Assembly (NCBI GenBank): GCA_036679605.1
Contig: JAZDCZ010000068.1
Coordinates: forward strand, 1 to 42,308
Source of the DNA: Gemmatimonadota bacterium
Lineage (GTDB): Bacteria > Gemmatimonadota > Gemmatimonadetes > Gemmatimonadales > GWC2-71-9
Reading direction: 5' to 3'
Length of the DNA: 42,308 nucleotides
In this document: positions 42,185 to 42,308 of the stretch, piece by piece
Numbering within the stretch: position 1 is the stretch's first letter
Layout: each line of letters begins with the position of its first letter
Translations under genes and position numbers: made by a program
Notes under the pieces: model-generated
The model's input: only the letters and a program-made list of their open reading frames with translations
Told to the model about the DNA's origin: nothing
Database searches by the model: none

Positions 42185-42308
42185 CACGCGCTATGGGGTA
42201 GTCGTCCTTTTCGTGCATTTTCTTACGGTTTCCCCGCAAAGCCTTTGCTGATAAGGCATCCCAGGCAATGCCGACAATTGTCTGCTGCCATCAAGTGACT
42301 TCGGGAGT

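Noticed and set aside
1..42308. CRISPR array, tRNA/rRNA, IS or transposase
   Set aside because: No regularly spaced direct repeats, cloverleaf or rRNA signatures, or DDE/HUH transposase ORFs seen by eye

Overview
This window is the transfer region of a large conjugative plasmid or ICE. It is GC-rich; a Burkholderiales/betaproteobacterial origin is my inference. From left to right: (1) 1-5530 is a leading region of small, mostly unknown genes that mostly point toward oriT. It includes a tandem TrfB/KorA-like repressor and strongly structured intergenic DNA, including a branched hairpin with four DnaA-box-like 9-mers. (2) About 5550-5900 is a MOBF oriT, with an R100/R388-like nic site between 5710 and 5709 on the minus strand and an IHF consensus site. 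(3) 5917-12628 is a trwA-orf-trwB-orf-trwC DNA-processing operon; the relaxase has a ~170-aa insertion in its helicase domain. (4) 12699-18541 (-) is an operon with a Sel1-repeat protein, a split two-gene traN and several unknown envelope proteins. (5) 18676-21468 (+) is a divergent module encoding an orphan GspE/PilB-type ATPase, a CxxS DsbA-like protein and a triple-HTH protein. (6) 22192-40614 (-) is an F/IncH-type mating-pair-formation operon in rearranged order: dsbC, slt, traW, traU, trbC, traLEKBVA, traC, trbI, trhF, traF, traH, traG. (7) 40931-42184 (+) encodes a permuted zeta-toxin-like kinase with a C-terminal KfrB/OB-like domain and no adjacent antitoxin. No rRNA, tRNA, CRISPR array, rep gene or transposase was seen. 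All calls come from motif recognition by eye, not database searches.
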